Part shown: positions 25,973 through 37,024 of the stretch, one piece after another | Position numbering within the stretch: the stretch's first letter is position 1 | Layout: the number at the start of each line of letters is the position of its first letter | DNA from: Candidatus Eiseniibacteriota bacterium | Lineage (GTDB): Bacteria; Eisenbacteria; RBG-16-71-46; SZUA-252 | NCBI GenBank assembly: GCA_005893265.1 | Contig: VBOX01000056.1 | Span: 1-57,557 of the forward strand | Length of the DNA stretch: 57,557 nucleotides | Reading direction: 5' to 3' | The notes under the pieces: generated by a model | Told to the model about the DNA's origin: nothing | The model's input: only the letters and a program-made list of their open reading frames with translations | Databases searched by the model: none | Program-made: the position numbers and the translations under genes

Positions 25973-28872
25973 TCACCTCCGTAAGCAGGATCCGCCGCGT
26001 CCCCGTCGGCCGGATGGACCGGCACCGGCCGCCAGAACGACGATTCCTCGAGTGCATCCAATGGATTCAGGACCGTGCCGCCGCGCTCTACCCAAAGCGC
26101 TTCGCGATGGACAAGCAGCAAGCGGGGGTCGAATTCGAATGATTGAAAGAGACTTTTCAGCAGTAGATCGGGCCGCAAGTAGCCGGGCGCGTGGAGCCGG
26201 CTCGTGATGCGGACGCAGAGCGGGGTCGGCCCCGCATCGAGCGCGATCTGGGTCACCGCCGGGCGGGCATTCACCGTCTTGCCCTTCTGCCCGTGCGACT
26301 GCTTCATCACCGTCCACTCGGCTGCTTCCCGGAACGCCGTGACACCCTGCTCCAACTCCTGCCGCACGCGATGGACGTTCTCCCCGCGGGAGAGGAGATC
26401 CATCAGATAATCCGTGAGCCGCACCTCGTAATCCGCCTGTGTGATCGCCGCCATGAGCGATTCGGTCTGACGGCTGAACGCCCTGCCTCCGGTGATCCGG
26501 AGGCCGTCTGGCAGTACATCGTTCATCGCCTCGATCGTAGGCCACGGGCACGGCTGCGCCAGCTCGAGGTCGAAATACTCGGAGCGGCTCGTCGCTCCCA
26601 GCGAGAGCGGCGGTCCGTACGCGATCTTCGCGTGACGATTGAACCCTTGGGAGAACGCCATAGGAATCTTCGCGACCCGGAGGGCACGATCGAAGATGCG
26701 CACCAGATCGAGATGCGAGGTGAATCGGGCCTGACCCAGCTTCTCGTACGCGACTCGGAATCGCTGCGCCTGGGGCCCCTTGATCGAGGTCGGCCACGCT
26801 TTCCGGCGACGTCCGTACGCGGGAGACTCCGCGGGCCCCTTTCCCGCGGATCCGTTTTCGTTTGTCGTCGGGGCGCCCTGCGCGGGAGCGGGAGGCTCAG
26901 ACTTGAGCGTTTCGATCGGCGCCTGGCGTAGCTCCTCGACCCGATGCTCGATCATCTGCGTGGTCACGTCGTCGGGAACACGGAAATCCAGCGTTTCGGG
27001 AAGCTGTCCCTGCCCCGGCGCGAGCTGAAGCGAGACGCGGCGCCCGTCCCGCGCCTTCGGCGTGAAGCACGGCGCTCCACATCGATAGCACGCGTGATCG
27101 CGGCAATCGGGCGTGAGCGCCGCCGCGTACGCCTTGGCCCTTTCTTGGAGAAGGAACTTCTTCACGACCGGCGTGCGAATGTGATCCCAAGGCAGCACTT
27201 CGTCCAGGTCCCGCGGCCTCAGGTAGAGGCTTGGATCGATTCCGACCTGCTCGAACGCCTTCATCCAGAGTCCGAAATTGAAACATTCCGACCAGCCGTC
27301 GAACCGCGCTCCCATCCTCCACGCCGCTTCGAGCGCGTCCGCGGTGCGCACGTCCCCGCGGGAGAAGACCCCTTCGAGAAACGCCGTGTCGGGATCCCGC
27401 CACTTGAGCCTCACGTTGTTCATGCCGCGGAAGCCTTGGCGCAGGCGCTCGACCTTGCGGTTGAGCGTCTCCATCGAATCCTGGATCTCCCACTGGAACG
27501 GGGTATGGGGTTTGGGCACGTGAGGAGAGATACCCACGTTGAAGTGCATCCGCTTGTTGCCCCCCTTCGCCCACTGCTGGCATTTCCCGATGATCTCCGC
27601 GATCCCGTCCACGTCGGCTTCGGTCTCGGTCGGGAGCCCGATCATGAAATAGAACTTGATCCCGCCCCATCCCTGGTCGCGCGCGAGCTTGACGGAGTAC
27701 TCGAGCTCCGCCTCGTCGATTCCCTTGTTGATCACATCGCGCATCCGCTGCGTACCGGCCTCCGGCGCGAACGTGATGCTGCCCCGGCGTCCCTGCTGGA
27801 TCTTGTCCGCAACCGAGGGGGCGAGGGTGCCCACCCGCGTCGAGGGCAGCGAAACGTTCACCCCCAGCTCGTTCGTGAACCGATCCAGCTCGTGGAGGAC
27901 GACCGGCAGCTGCTTGTAGTCGGTGGTGGAGAGCGAGAGAAGCGACACCTCGTCCCATCCCGCGTGCACGATCCCACACTGGACTTCCTTGACCACCTGA
28001 TCGGCGCGCTTCTCGCGAAGCGGACGATTCATGTATCCGGCCAGGCAGAAGCGGCACCCCCGCGTACAACCGCGCATCACCTCCACCCCGAGACGGTCGT
28101 GGGTGATCTCGGTCGGGGAGATGAGCGGCTTCTCCGGGTAGTACTCCGGATCAAGCGACGGGACGTACCGGTACCGAGGCTTCTGGGTCGGGGATTCGGG
28201 CTTCGGCTCGCGCGCCACGAACCCGAACGGGTTCACGACCTCCTCGAAGTGCGCCGGAACATAGACCCCGTCGAGAGCACCCAGCCGCCGGAGCACCTCC
28301 GCGCGCTTGAGGCCGCTCTCGCGCCGCTCGATCATGAGGTCGCACATCTCCTGGATGACTTCCTCGCCGTCCCCGATCACGAAGGCGTCGATGAAGGGGG
28401 AGAGGGGTTCCGGATTCACGGTGCAGAGACCGCCAGCCACCACGATGGGATCCTGATCGCGGCGGGCGGCGGAACGGAGCGGAATCTGCGCGAGGTCGAT
28501 CATCGTGAGCACGTTCGTGTACGAGAGCTCGTATTGGAGGGAGAACCCGATCAGGTCGAACTCCGCCGCCGGCGTACGCGACTCGAGGGAGTAGAGCGGA
28601 ATCCCCTCCGCCCGCATGAGCTGCTCCATGTCCCCCCACGGTGTGAAGCACAGCTCCGCCATGGCGTCCGAGCGCTTGTTCAGGATGTGATAGAGGATCT
28701 TGATTCCGAGATACGACATCCCGATCTCGTAGAGGTCGGGGAAGCAGAGAAGCGCGCGCACCTTGACGGTGGCCGGGTCCTTACGGGCAGCGTGGAGGAA
28801 GCTACCTGTGTACCGGCTCGGCTTGGTCACGATCGGCAGATAGGCCTCGTCCAAAATACGCAGTTTATTCAT
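25954..28872 (-). CDS. B12-binding radical SAM protein (TIGR03960-like) fused to a radical-SAM-linked C-terminal domain (TIGR03936-like)
   Basis: FPDLYEIGMS.LG, RGCTRGCRFC, TFAPEAG, PKPHTPFQW, and C-terminal SHLDL...FSQGFN. SD GGAGG before ATG 28872. Confidence 0.9.
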   Translation of the reverse strand: MNKLRILDEAYLPIVTKPSRYTGSFLHAARKDPATVKVRALLCFPDLYEIGMSYLGIKILYHILNKRSDAMAELCFTPWGDMEQLMRAEGIPLYSLESRTPAAEFDLIGFSLQYELSYTNVLTMIDLAQIPLRSAARRDQDPIVVAGGLCTVNPEPLSPFIDAFVIGDGEEVIQEMCDLMIERRESGLKRAEVLRRLGALDGVYVPAHFEEVVNPFGFVAREPKPESPTQKPRYRYVPSLDPEYYPEKPLISPTEITHDRLGVEVMRGCTRGCRFCLAGYMNRPLREKRADQVVKEVQCGIVHAGWDEVSLLSLSTTDYKQLPVVLHELDRFTNELGVNVSLPSTRVGTLAPSVADKIQQGRRGSITFAPEAGTQRMRDVINKGIDEAELEYSVKLARDQGWGGIKFYFMIGLPTETEADVDGIAEIIGKCQQWAKGGNKRMHFNVGISPHVPKPHTPFQWEIQDSMETLNRKVERLRQGFRGMNNVRLKWRDPDTAFLEGVFSRGDVRTADALEAAWRMGARFDGWSECFNFGLWMKAFEQVGIDPSLYLRPRDLDEVLPWDHIRTPVVKKFLLQERAKAYAAALTPDCRDHACYRCGAPCFTPKARDGRRVSLQLAPGQGQLPETLDFRVPDDVTTQMIEHRVEELRQAPIETLKSEPPAPAQGAPTTNENGSAGKGPAESPAYGRRRKAWPTSIKGPQAQRFRVAYEKLGQARFTSHLDLVRIFDRALRVAKIPMAFSQGFNRHAKIAYGPPLSLGATSRSEYFDLELAQPCPWPTIEAMNDVLPDGLRITGGRAFSRQTESLMAAITQADYEVRLTDYLMDLLSRGENVHRVRQELEQGVTAFREAAEWTVMKQSHGQKGKTVNARPAVTQIALDAGPTPLCVRITSRLHAPGYLRPDLLLKSLFQSFEFDPRLLLVHREALWVERGGTVLNPLDALEESSFWRPVPVHPADGDAADPAYGGECAEKS

Positions 28873-29006
28873 ACCGCCCTCCCAAGCGAAGCGCTCAGCG
28901 TAAGTCACTGTGAATTATTAAATTATGCTCAGCCAGCGGGATTAGGGTTCACGTCTTACCAAGTTTGAGAATCTATCACAAACCTCCGCGCCGCAGCAAC
29001 GTCGCA

Positions 29007-29774
29007 CTAATCCCCGGGCCCTGCTGCAGGGCTCCCGCCGTGGGAAGCGGCAAGGGAGAGGACCCAGGTGGCGCCGGCCCGCTCCAGCACCTCCGCGGCC
29101 GCCAGAAGCGTGCTTCCCGTTGTCGCGACGTCGTCCACAAGGACAACCGGCCGACCCCAGATCGCGGCCGGTTTCGGAACCCGGAACGCGCCCTCCACGT
29201 TCCTTCGGCGCAGATCAGGATCCAGTTTCGCTTGAGGCTTGTGATCGCGCGTGCGCAGGAGGGCGTCCACCACAGGGATTCCCCACCGATCCGACGCCTC
29301 CCTGGCCAGGAGCAAAGCCTGATCGAATCCGCGCCATGCGCGGCGGGCGGCATGAAGTGAGACGGGGACCAGAACGTATTCGCGGCCGATGCCCTCGCGG
29401 AGCCCCGGCGGTTCCGGAAGGAGCGACGCGACCCAGCGGGCCAGGGCGGACGCCCGCTCGTACTTGAACGCGTGGATGATTCGATCGAGCGGGGGCTCGA
29501 ATGCGGGCCCCGCGAGGAGGAGCCTCGCCGCCCCGTGCGCCGGACAACCCCGCTGCGACACGGTCGCCGCGCGATCGCCGTGCAGGCACCGAAGGCAAAG
29601 GGCGACGCCCGTCCTGCCGACGCGTCCGTCGCACGCTCCGCACACCTCACGATCGCGAGGAGGCGAGGTGCCGCAGCCGGGGCAGCGGCGATCGAGCAGC
29701 ATGTCGCAAAGGTCACCCCAGCCGGCGTGCACCAAGCGGCGAATCGGAACCACCCCGTCCCCTCCCCTTCCCAA
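29007..29774 (-). CDS. comF: ComF family protein (zinc ribbon plus PRTase)
   Basis: CxxC pairs, FKY, RGFDQA, LVDDVATTGST. Confidence 0.9.
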   Translation of the reverse strand: MGRGGDGVVPIRRLVHAGWGDLCDMLLDRRCPGCGTSPPRDREVCGACDGRVGRTGVALCLRCLHGDRAATVSQRGCPAHGAARLLLAGPAFEPPLDRIIHAFKYERASALARWVASLLPEPPGLREGIGREYVLVPVSLHAARRAWRGFDQALLLAREASDRWGIPVVDALLRTRDHKPQAKLDPDLRRRNVEGAFRVPKPAAIWGRPVVLVDDVATTGSTLLAAAEVLERAGATWVLSLAASHGGSPAAGPGD

Positions 29775-29777
29775 ACC

Positions 29778-30629
29778 TCATGCCGACCCGCGCAGGGCCT
29801 CCTTCATCACCGCGACCGAGGGCCTCTTACCCGTCCAGAACTCAAAGGATGCCGCTCCTTGATGGATCAGAAGGGCGCCGCCATCCTCGTACCGAAGCCC
29901 TCGCTCACGCGCCCGGGTCCGTGCGGCGGTCGCCCGAGCCCCGTAGTTCAAGTCGAGCACGACCGCCCCGGGACCGTGCTGATCCCACCACGAATCCTCC
30001 TCGGCGGAAACCGGCTCCACGGGGATCGCGCGGATCAATACGTTCCACGGGTCGCCGCCCCTTTCGATCGCGCGATCCCCCAACGCGGCCGCGGTGATTC
30101 GCGCTCGCCCATCCGGTTCCGTCGCGCTTCGTGCGACCGCCCGGGCGCGCTCGGCGTTCCGACTCACCACGTGGATCGCCTCCGGGCAAAGCGTCACCAG
30201 CTTCGGAACGATCGCACGGGTCGCGCCCCCCGCGCCTATCACGATCAGGCGGCGACCCCTCATCTCGATTCCCTCCTCCGCGATCCACGCGAGGAACCCG
30301 ATCCCGTCGGTGGCGTGCCCGCGCCATCCGTCCCTCTCCCGGCGAAGCGTGTTCACCGCCCTGGCTTGTTCCGCCTCCGCCGTGCGATCGTGCGTGAGCG
30401 CGAAGGCCGCTTCCTTGTGGGGTGTCGTCACGCTCAATCCGGACACACCCGCGGCGTGAAGACCGCGGAGGGCTTCCTCCAGGCGCGGGGCGGGCACCTC
30501 GAGGGCGATGTAGACCGCGTTCATGCCTGCCGCTTGAAATGCCGCGTTCTGGATCACGGGAGATTGGCTGTGCTGCACCGGATGACCCAGCACCGCGTAG
30601 ACCTGGGTCGCCCCGTCCACGCGATTCAC
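29778..30629 (-). CDS. aroE: shikimate dehydrogenase
   Basis: LGHPV.HS.SP, SVTTPHK, AVNT, TD..GF, GAGGA, L.HQG..SF..WTG. Confidence 0.93.
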   Translation of the reverse strand: MNRVDGATQVYAVLGHPVQHSQSPVIQNAAFQAAGMNAVYIALEVPAPRLEEALRGLHAAGVSGLSVTTPHKEAAFALTHDRTAEAEQARAVNTLRRERDGWRGHATDGIGFLAWIAEEGIEMRGRRLIVIGAGGATRAIVPKLVTLCPEAIHVVSRNAERARAVARSATEPDGRARITAAALGDRAIERGGDPWNVLIRAIPVEPVSAEEDSWWDQHGPGAVVLDLNYGARATAARTRARERGLRYEDGGALLIHQGAASFEFWTGKRPSVAVMKEALRGSA

Positions 30630-30640
30630 GCCGGGGTCCC

Positions 30641-31431
30641 TCAGGCGGTCGGGTCTTGACGCGCCGGGGATGGCTCCGTGTGCTCGAGACCCGGTTCCAC
30701 GCGGCTGGGCTCGCGCGGGACCGACGGGGCGCGGGCCAGATCCGCCGGCGCTCCCGCGTGTTTCAGCCGCTTCAACATGAAGAGAGCCGCGATCACAAGC
30801 ACGGCGCTGAAGACTCCATCGCGATGTAGCTCCAGAAGAGCCAGCCGTCGAAGTGGGGCTTCCGATCCAAGCGGAGGAGCAGCACGAAGAGCGCACCACC
30901 CGCGGCGGCGAGGTACAGCTGGGATGGTTGGAGCGGCTCATTCGGGAAGACGAAGTTGGAATACGACCCCGGGGGAAATTTGATCGCCCACGGGAGATGC
31001 GACGGGAGCCCGAAGCAGCAGCCGTTCAGGAAACAGCCGAGCCGTCCGATGCCGATTCCGAGCGCCATGCTCGGGGCGGCGGCGTCGCCGACCCGCCAGA
31101 CCGAAAGCCCCGTTCGCCGCACATAGACGATACCCCCCGCGATCGCGAGGAAGTATCCGCCGTAGAGCATGAGGCCGCCTTCCCAGATCCGGAAGATCCC
31201 GCCGAGATCTCGCGCGTAGTCGCTCCAGTGGGTGAGCACGTAGAGCCCCCGCCCTCCGACGATCGCGAGGACGAGCAGGATCAAGGAGAGGGTGCTCAGC
31301 TTGTCCTCGGGAAGACCGCGATCGGCGCCGCGTTTCAGCAAAAGCTGGATGCCGACGAGAAAAGCGATCGCGAGAAGAAGGCCGTAGCTGTGCAGCTCGA
31401 AGCCGTGAAACCGAAAGATGGTTGGATGCAC
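30641..31431 (-). CDS. lgt: prolipoprotein diacylglyceryl transferase, interrupted near 30812
   Basis: IWEGGL..GG, GRLGCFLNGCCFG, PSQLY. The last TM helix (FSAVLVIAALFMLKR) is in another frame, and the usual R...E/DF.R segment is missing. Confidence 0.88.
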
Positions 31432-31443
31432 GAAATCTCCGCG

Positions 31444-32673
31444 TCAGTAATCTCGCCAGCGCATCGCGACGTTCTGGATGAGGCCTACCTGTAAGAAGCT
31501 CGCCACGAGCGAGGATCCGCCGTAGCTCAGAAGCGGCAGGGGGAGGCCGGTCACGGGCGCGAGCCCGACCGTCATCCATATGTTGACGAGCACATGGTAC
31601 AGAAAAATCGAGGTCATTCCAATCGCGAGGAGGCCACCGAATTTGTTCCGGGCGTGATGCGCCACCCGGATGCCGCGAAGGATGAGAAGCAGGTAGAGGG
31701 ATGCCACGAGCGCGGCGCCGACGAAACCGGTCTCCTCGCCGACGACCGAATAGATGAAATCGGTATGCTGCTCCGGGAGGAAGGCGAGCCCTTTCTGGGT
31801 CCCGTGCAGGTACCCTTTCCCGAACACCTGCCCCGAGCCGATGGCGATCTTCGACTGGATGATCTGGTATCCCGCCCCGTAGGCGTCCGCGCCCGGATCC
31901 AGGAACGTGGTGATGCGCTGTTTTTGGTAGGGCTGCAGGTGATTCCAGATCTGCGGCGTCGCGATGCCCACGATCAAATTCACGCCCACCACGAGGAGCA
32001 ACGGCAGAAGACGAATGCGCGAGCGGTAGAGAATCACCGCGAGAACACCGAGAAAGACGAACCACGCGGGCGTGTAGAAGGAGAGCGCGACGTTGGCGAT
32101 CGGCGAGATCAGGAAAAAGAGATACAGAAGCGGCAACCCGGCCCAGTAGAGCATCGTCAGAAGCATCGCTACGAACGCCACCGAGGTCCCCAAATCGGGC
32201 TGCTTCAATACAAGGAGGAACGGGATCCCGGCGGTCACGATCGGCCGGACGAGGTTTCGGATCTGGGTCAGGTCCTTCTTGCGATCCCCGAGCTGGCTCG
32301 CGAGAAGAATCACCGTCGCGACCTTCGCGAGCTCGGAGGGCTGAATCTTCACCGGTCCCCAGCCGAGCCACCGTTGCGCCCCGAGCCCGACGTGCCCGAC
32401 GAACAGCGTCAGGACGAGGAGTCCGAGGGCCACGCCGTAAAGTAGATAGGCGGTTCTGCCCTCGTACACGCGGTACGGAACGGCCGCGATGAGACCGCCT
32501 GCCAGAAGGGCGAGGAGGAGATAGGCGATTTGCTTCAAATATAGCCCGTGCTCCGCGGACGCGGAGGCCATCGAGGTCGCGCTGAAGACGAATGCGACTC
32601 CGATGAGGGTGAGAATCAGAGTGGCCGCGAGCAGCGGCCGGTCGATGTCGGAAGAAAACCGCGCCTCGAACAT
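31444..32673 (-). CDS. rodA: rod shape-determining protein RodA
   Basis: GAQRW, QPSELAK, QPDLGT, FLPEQHTDFI, LP.LSYGGSS. Confidence 0.96.
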   Translation of the reverse strand: MFEARFSSDIDRPLLAATLILTLIGVAFVFSATSMASASAEHGLYLKQIAYLLLALLAGGLIAAVPYRVYEGRTAYLLYGVALGLLVLTLFVGHVGLGAQRWLGWGPVKIQPSELAKVATVILLASQLGDRKKDLTQIRNLVRPIVTAGIPFLLVLKQPDLGTSVAFVAMLLTMLYWAGLPLLYLFFLISPIANVALSFYTPAWFVFLGVLAVILYRSRIRLLPLLLVVGVNLIVGIATPQIWNHLQPYQKQRITTFLDPGADAYGAGYQIIQSKIAIGSGQVFGKGYLHGTQKGLAFLPEQHTDFIYSVVGEETGFVGAALVASLYLLLILRGIRVAHHARNKFGGLLAIGMTSIFLYHVLVNIWMTVGLAPVTGLPLPLLSYGGSSLVASFLQVGLIQNVAMRWRDY

Positions 32674-32674
32674 G

Positions 32675-34504
32675 TCACCTCCCCGTCATGACCGCGGCGC
32701 TCTCGGGCGGCGCGGGATGGAAGAAGGCTTCGAGCACCTTCCGTGCGATGGGCGCCGCCGCCGAGCTGCCGTGCCCCGCGTTCTCGACGAGCACCGCGAC
32801 CGCGATGCGCGGCGCCTCCGCCGGTGCGAAGCAGATGAAGAGGGCGTGGTCCTTGCCGTGAGGGTTCTGTGCGGTCCCCGTTTTTCCCGCAACCGCGATC
32901 GAGTCGAGCCGGGCCTGGCCGCCCGTTCCATTGGGATCGGAGACGACCGATGCCATGGCGGATCGGACGGCCTCCAGGTTGTACGGGGACACCGGCACGA
33001 CCTGGCGAAGCGAGTCGTACGCCTGGGCCGAAGCTCCCGAGGCGACGCTCCGGACCAGGTGCGGTTTCCACAGCACGCCGCCATTGCCGACGAATGCCGC
33101 GAGCTGAGCAAGCTTCACGGGCGTCAGCGACACCTCTCCTTGACCGATCGCGACGTTCAGGGTGAGGCCACGACTCCACCGCCCCGTGCCGAATCGCCGG
33201 TCGTACCAGCCCCGGTCCGGGAACAAACCCCGGCGCTCCTGGGGCAGATCGATTCCGGTCTTCTCGGAGAGCTGGAGCTTGGACATGAAATCGGCCAGAC
33301 GTTCCAGTCCAATCCGCAACCCGAGCTGATAGAAGTAGACGTCGCACGACCGAACGATCGCGTCGTGCATGGAGAGGCGCCCGTGCCCGTCATGGTTCCA
33401 GCAGCCGAACAGGCGGGTTCCAAACCGAAATTCTCCCGTGCACGACGAGGCGAACACGGTGCCGGGGACGATCGCGCCGCATTCCAGCCCCGCGAGGGAG
33501 GTGAAGGGCTTCAACGTGGATCCGGGTGGATACGCGGCCTGGATCGCGCGGTTGAACAGCGGATAGTTCCCTCCGCCGCTCAGCTCGCTCCACCGCTCCT
33601 GGGTGATTCCGGTCGAGAACTCGTTCGGATCGTAGTTGGGCTTCGACGCGAGCGCCAAGACCTCGCCGTTGCGTGGATCCAGCGCGACCACGGCGCCCCG
33701 CGCCCCCGGCGCGAACGCTTCCTCGGCGGCGCGCTGGACGTCGAGGTCGATCGTCAACTCGAGGTCCACGCCGCGTCGTGGCACGATGGGGTGCTTGTCA
33801 CCCAGGAGCTCGGCTTTCCTCCCCAGGGCGTTCACCTCGAGGAAACGTTTCCCGTCCTGTCCGCGAAGGATCTTCTCGTATCTCCGTTCGATTCCCATCC
33901 GACCGATGAGGTCGCCGCTCAGATAGTCGCCGTACTGAGGATCGAGGAGCTCCTTGTCGGAGATTTCTCCGACGTATCCGAGCAGGTGGGACGCCATGAG
34001 TCCGAGCGGATAACGGCGAAGCGGCTCCGATTCGACCTCGACGCCGGGAAGCTGGTCTCGATGCTCCGAGACGAATGCGACCGACTTGATGTCGACGTTT
34101 CTCTTGAGCCGAATCGGGAGGAAGGAGACCTTGCGCTCTCGCTGGATCTTCTCCTTGAGGAGGGTCGGGTCTACTCCGAGGATCGGCCCGAGGGTGGCCA
34201 GGGTAGAGTCGATGTGCGCGGGGTTCCGGGTATATGCCTTGTCGAACGGATCGAGCGTGACCGTAAAGGAAGGAACGCAGTCCGCGAGCAAGCGGCCCTT
34301 CCGGTCCCGGACCTCTCCTCGCGGGGCGGTCAGCACCTCCACGCGAATCCGGTTCCCCTCCGAAAGCTCACGGTACCGCTGTCCCTGGAGTACCTGTAAA
34401 AAGAAGAGCCGCATGAGGACGAGGGCGAAGATCCCCGCCACCGAAACGGTTAGGATCCGCTCGCGTCGTTGCCAGCCGCCGAGAGAGATCGGCTCCGCGC
34501 GCAT
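32675..34504 (-). CDS. mrdA: penicillin-binding protein 2
   Basis: STLK (SxxK), SCD, KTG; located in the mreBCD operon. Confidence 0.95.
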   Translation of the reverse strand: MRAEPISLGGWQRRERILTVSVAGIFALVLMRLFFLQVLQGQRYRELSEGNRIRVEVLTAPRGEVRDRKGRLLADCVPSFTVTLDPFDKAYTRNPAHIDSTLATLGPILGVDPTLLKEKIQRERKVSFLPIRLKRNVDIKSVAFVSEHRDQLPGVEVESEPLRRYPLGLMASHLLGYVGEISDKELLDPQYGDYLSGDLIGRMGIERRYEKILRGQDGKRFLEVNALGRKAELLGDKHPIVPRRGVDLELTIDLDVQRAAEEAFAPGARGAVVALDPRNGEVLALASKPNYDPNEFSTGITQERWSELSGGGNYPLFNRAIQAAYPPGSTLKPFTSLAGLECGAIVPGTVFASSCTGEFRFGTRLFGCWNHDGHGRLSMHDAIVRSCDVYFYQLGLRIGLERLADFMSKLQLSEKTGIDLPQERRGLFPDRGWYDRRFGTGRWSRGLTLNVAIGQGEVSLTPVKLAQLAAFVGNGGVLWKPHLVRSVASGASAQAYDSLRQVVPVSPYNLEAVRSAMASVVSDPNGTGGQARLDSIAVAGKTGTAQNPHGKDHALFICFAPAEAPRIAVAVLVENAGHGSSAAAPIARKVLEAFFHPAPPESAAVMTGR

Positions 34505-34507
34505 TCG

Positions 34508-35002
34508 CTACCCCTCGTCCCTGAGCAGGAGCGTGCGCGAGGTCGCCTCCACGGTGGCGAGCAGGAGGACCACGAGGACGGTCGTGTAGAGAGCGGACGG
34601 GAGCGCGACGAACACGAACTGCCGCGCGAGCCCTCCGACGTCGCCCGAGGTATAGAACCCGAAGTAGATCAAGTCGTGGACCAACATCGCGGTCAGGAAG
34701 AAGACGAACCGCACGCCCACATTGGAGCGATGGACGCGAAATCCGGCTTTCGCCACGATGAAACCTACGACCGTCTTGGCGAGGGCGTTGAGCCCGAGCG
34801 GTCCGGGGGCATCGATATCTTGCAGGAGGCCAACCGTGAACCCGCCGATCACCCCCGGAATGGGCCCGCGCATCCAGCCGAAATAGACGACGAACGCGAC
34901 CAAAAGGTCGGGCCGAACCCCGCCGATCTCGATCCGATGGACGACCGTCGCTTGGAGAATCAGGACGACGAGCAGCACGAGCGCGTCCCGGAGACCCTTC
35001 AC
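34508..35002 (-). CDS. mreD: rod shape-determining protein MreD
   Basis: Hydrophobic, with PDL and GLLQD; position in the operon. Confidence 0.9.
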   Translation of the reverse strand: MKGLRDALVLLVVLILQATVVHRIEIGGVRPDLLVAFVVYFGWMRGPIPGVIGGFTVGLLQDIDAPGPLGLNALAKTVVGFIVAKAGFRVHRSNVGVRFVFFLTAMLVHDLIYFGFYTSGDVGGLARQFVFVALPSALYTTVLVVLLLATVEATSRTLLLRDEG

Positions 35003-35967
35003 TGCCCGTCCCCCGATTCCGTGCTTTCGCTTGGAGCCGGCACCGGGGGCGGCGTGGCGACCACGGCCGGCCTTTTCGTGACCGGCGCCGGCGCGGCGAC
35101 CGCGGCTGGTGCCGAGGCCGGTGCCGCGGCGCTATCGGGCTCTGTGGATTCCAGGGGCAACATCCGCGGGCCGCGCCCCGCGCCCGCCCGCAAGTAGACG
35201 AGCACCTCCTCGAGACTGCGGAAGTTCACGGCGGGCTTCACCTGAACGTCCTTCATCAGCCCGTTCTCGGCGATCCCCACCCGGGTGACGGTTCCCACCC
35301 GCACGCCCTCCGGGAAGATGCCGCCCAGGCCCGATGTGAACACCCAGTCGCCGGGTTTGACGTCCTCCTGGGAGGAAACGTACAGGAGGCTCAAGACAGG
35401 GTTCTCTCCGAACTCCCATTGCAGCACGCCGTCGACACGGGATCGCCCCACGCGCACCGCGACCGCGCAATCGCGATGAAGGAGCGTGAGGACCCTCGCC
35501 TCGTGCGGCGCGACGCGCTCGATGCGTCCGACGAGGCCTTCGGGGGTGATCACGGCCCCGTTCGGAAGGATCCCTTCCCTAGAGCCTTCGTCGATCGTGA
35601 GGCTTCCGCCGAGCCGATCCAGGCTCCGCGACGTCACACGCGCCGCCGTGAGGTCGGAAGGATTCTCCTGCGAAAGGGCCAAGAGACGCCTTAAGCGCGC
35701 GTTTTCGAGGCGCTCGGAGCGGGTTGCATCCGCCTCGATCTGAACCTGGGCGAGGCGCTTCTTGAGCTTCTGGTTCTCCCAATACACCCCCACACCCGCG
35801 TCGACCCAGCCGACGACTGCTTCCACGGGGGCAAGAACGGTGTGCTGGAGGAACCACGCGGCGCGCGCCTGCTGGCCGCGATCGAGGAGCATCAGGGTCA
35901 CGGAAAGAACGCAGGCAATCGTGAGGGCCGCCCAATCGGCGCGCCGGGCGAATAGGAGCCGGAACAT
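34999..35967 (-). CDS. mreC: rod shape-determining protein MreC
   Basis: ENARLRRLL coiled coil, GLVGRI, TSGLGGIFP.G; Ala/Pro-rich tail. Confidence 0.94.
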   Translation of the reverse strand: MFRLLFARRADWAALTIACVLSVTLMLLDRGQQARAAWFLQHTVLAPVEAVVGWVDAGVGVYWENQKLKKRLAQVQIEADATRSERLENARLRRLLALSQENPSDLTAARVTSRSLDRLGGSLTIDEGSREGILPNGAVITPEGLVGRIERVAPHEARVLTLLHRDCAVAVRVGRSRVDGVLQWEFGENPVLSLLYVSSQEDVKPGDWVFTSGLGGIFPEGVRVGTVTRVGIAENGLMKDVQVKPAVNFRSLEEVLVYLRAGAGRGPRMLPLESTEPDSAAAPASAPAAVAAPAPVTKRPAVVATPPPVPAPSESTESGDGQ

Positions 35968-35986
35968 CGGGCCTTACGCCCGCCGC

Positions 35987-37024
35987 TCAGTCGCGGACGA
36001 CCGACATGAGCACCTTTTCGTAGAGGGTAGGATCGTCGAGGATCTTTCCGGTCCCGAGGACGACGCAGGTGAGCGGATCCTCGGCGACGGTAATGGGCAA
36101 ATTGGTAGCCTCCCGCAGCAACATGTCGATTCCACGGAGGAGGGATCCCCCGCCGGTCATCACGATGCCGCGGTCCACGATATCGGAGGCGAGTTCGGGC
36201 GGGGTCTTTTCCAGCGATTGCATGAGCGCGTCCACGATCTGCTGGAGCGGCTCGCTCAACGCTTCGCGGACTTCGACCGATGAAATCTTCATCGTCTTGG
36301 GAATGCCCGCGACGAGGTCGCGGCCCTTGATCTCCATCTCCTCTTCCTGCTCCAGACGGAACGCCGAGCCGATCTTGATCTTGATCGCCTCCGCGGTCTG
36401 TTCGCCGATGAGGAGGTTGTAGGCCTTCTTGACGTACTGGACGATCGCTTCGTCCATCTCATCCCCACCGACCCGGATCGACTGCTGATTCACGATCGAG
36501 TTCAACGCCATCACGGCGATCTCGGTGGTGCCGCCTCCGATGTCGATGATCATGTTCCCCGACGGCTTCCCCACGGGGAGGCCGACCCCGATCGCCGCGG
36601 CGATCGGCTCCGGCACCAGGAGGACCTCCCGCGCACCGGCGTGCTGGGCCGAATCCTGTACGGCACGTTTCTCGACTTCGGTGATCCCCGAGGGGACACA
36701 GATGATGATGCGCGGACGGACCCAGGTGCGGCGCCGGAGCGCCTTCTGAATGAACTCCCGGAGCAGATCCTCCGTCTTCTCAAAATCGGCGATCACGCCG
36801 TCCTTGAGCGGACGGACCGCGACGATCTCGTCGGGCGTACGGCCCAGCATACTCTTCGCTTCCTTGCCGACCGCGATGACCTTGCCGGTGGTCCGGTCCA
36901 CCGCAACGACGGAAGGTTCGTTCAGAACGATCCCCTTCCCCTTGAGATAGACCAGCGTATTGGCGGTTCCGAGGTCGATCGCGACGTCGTTGGAGAAGAC
37001 GCCCATCAGCTGGTCGAACGACAT
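35987..37024 (-). CDS. mreB: rod shape-determining protein MreB
   Basis: [29 protein letters not shown] before ATG 37024. Confidence 0.98.
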   Translation of the reverse strand: MSFDQLMGVFSNDVAIDLGTANTLVYLKGKGIVLNEPSVVAVDRTTGKVIAVGKEAKSMLGRTPDEIVAVRPLKDGVIADFEKTEDLLREFIQKALRRRTWVRPRIIICVPSGITEVEKRAVQDSAQHAGAREVLLVPEPIAAAIGVGLPVGKPSGNMIIDIGGGTTEIAVMALNSIVNQQSIRVGGDEMDEAIVQYVKKAYNLLIGEQTAEAIKIKIGSAFRLEQEEEMEIKGRDLVAGIPKTMKISSVEVREALSEPLQQIVDALMQSLEKTPPELASDIVDRGIVMTGGGSLLRGIDMLLREATNLPITVAEDPLTCVVLGTGKILDDPTLYEKVLMSVVRD

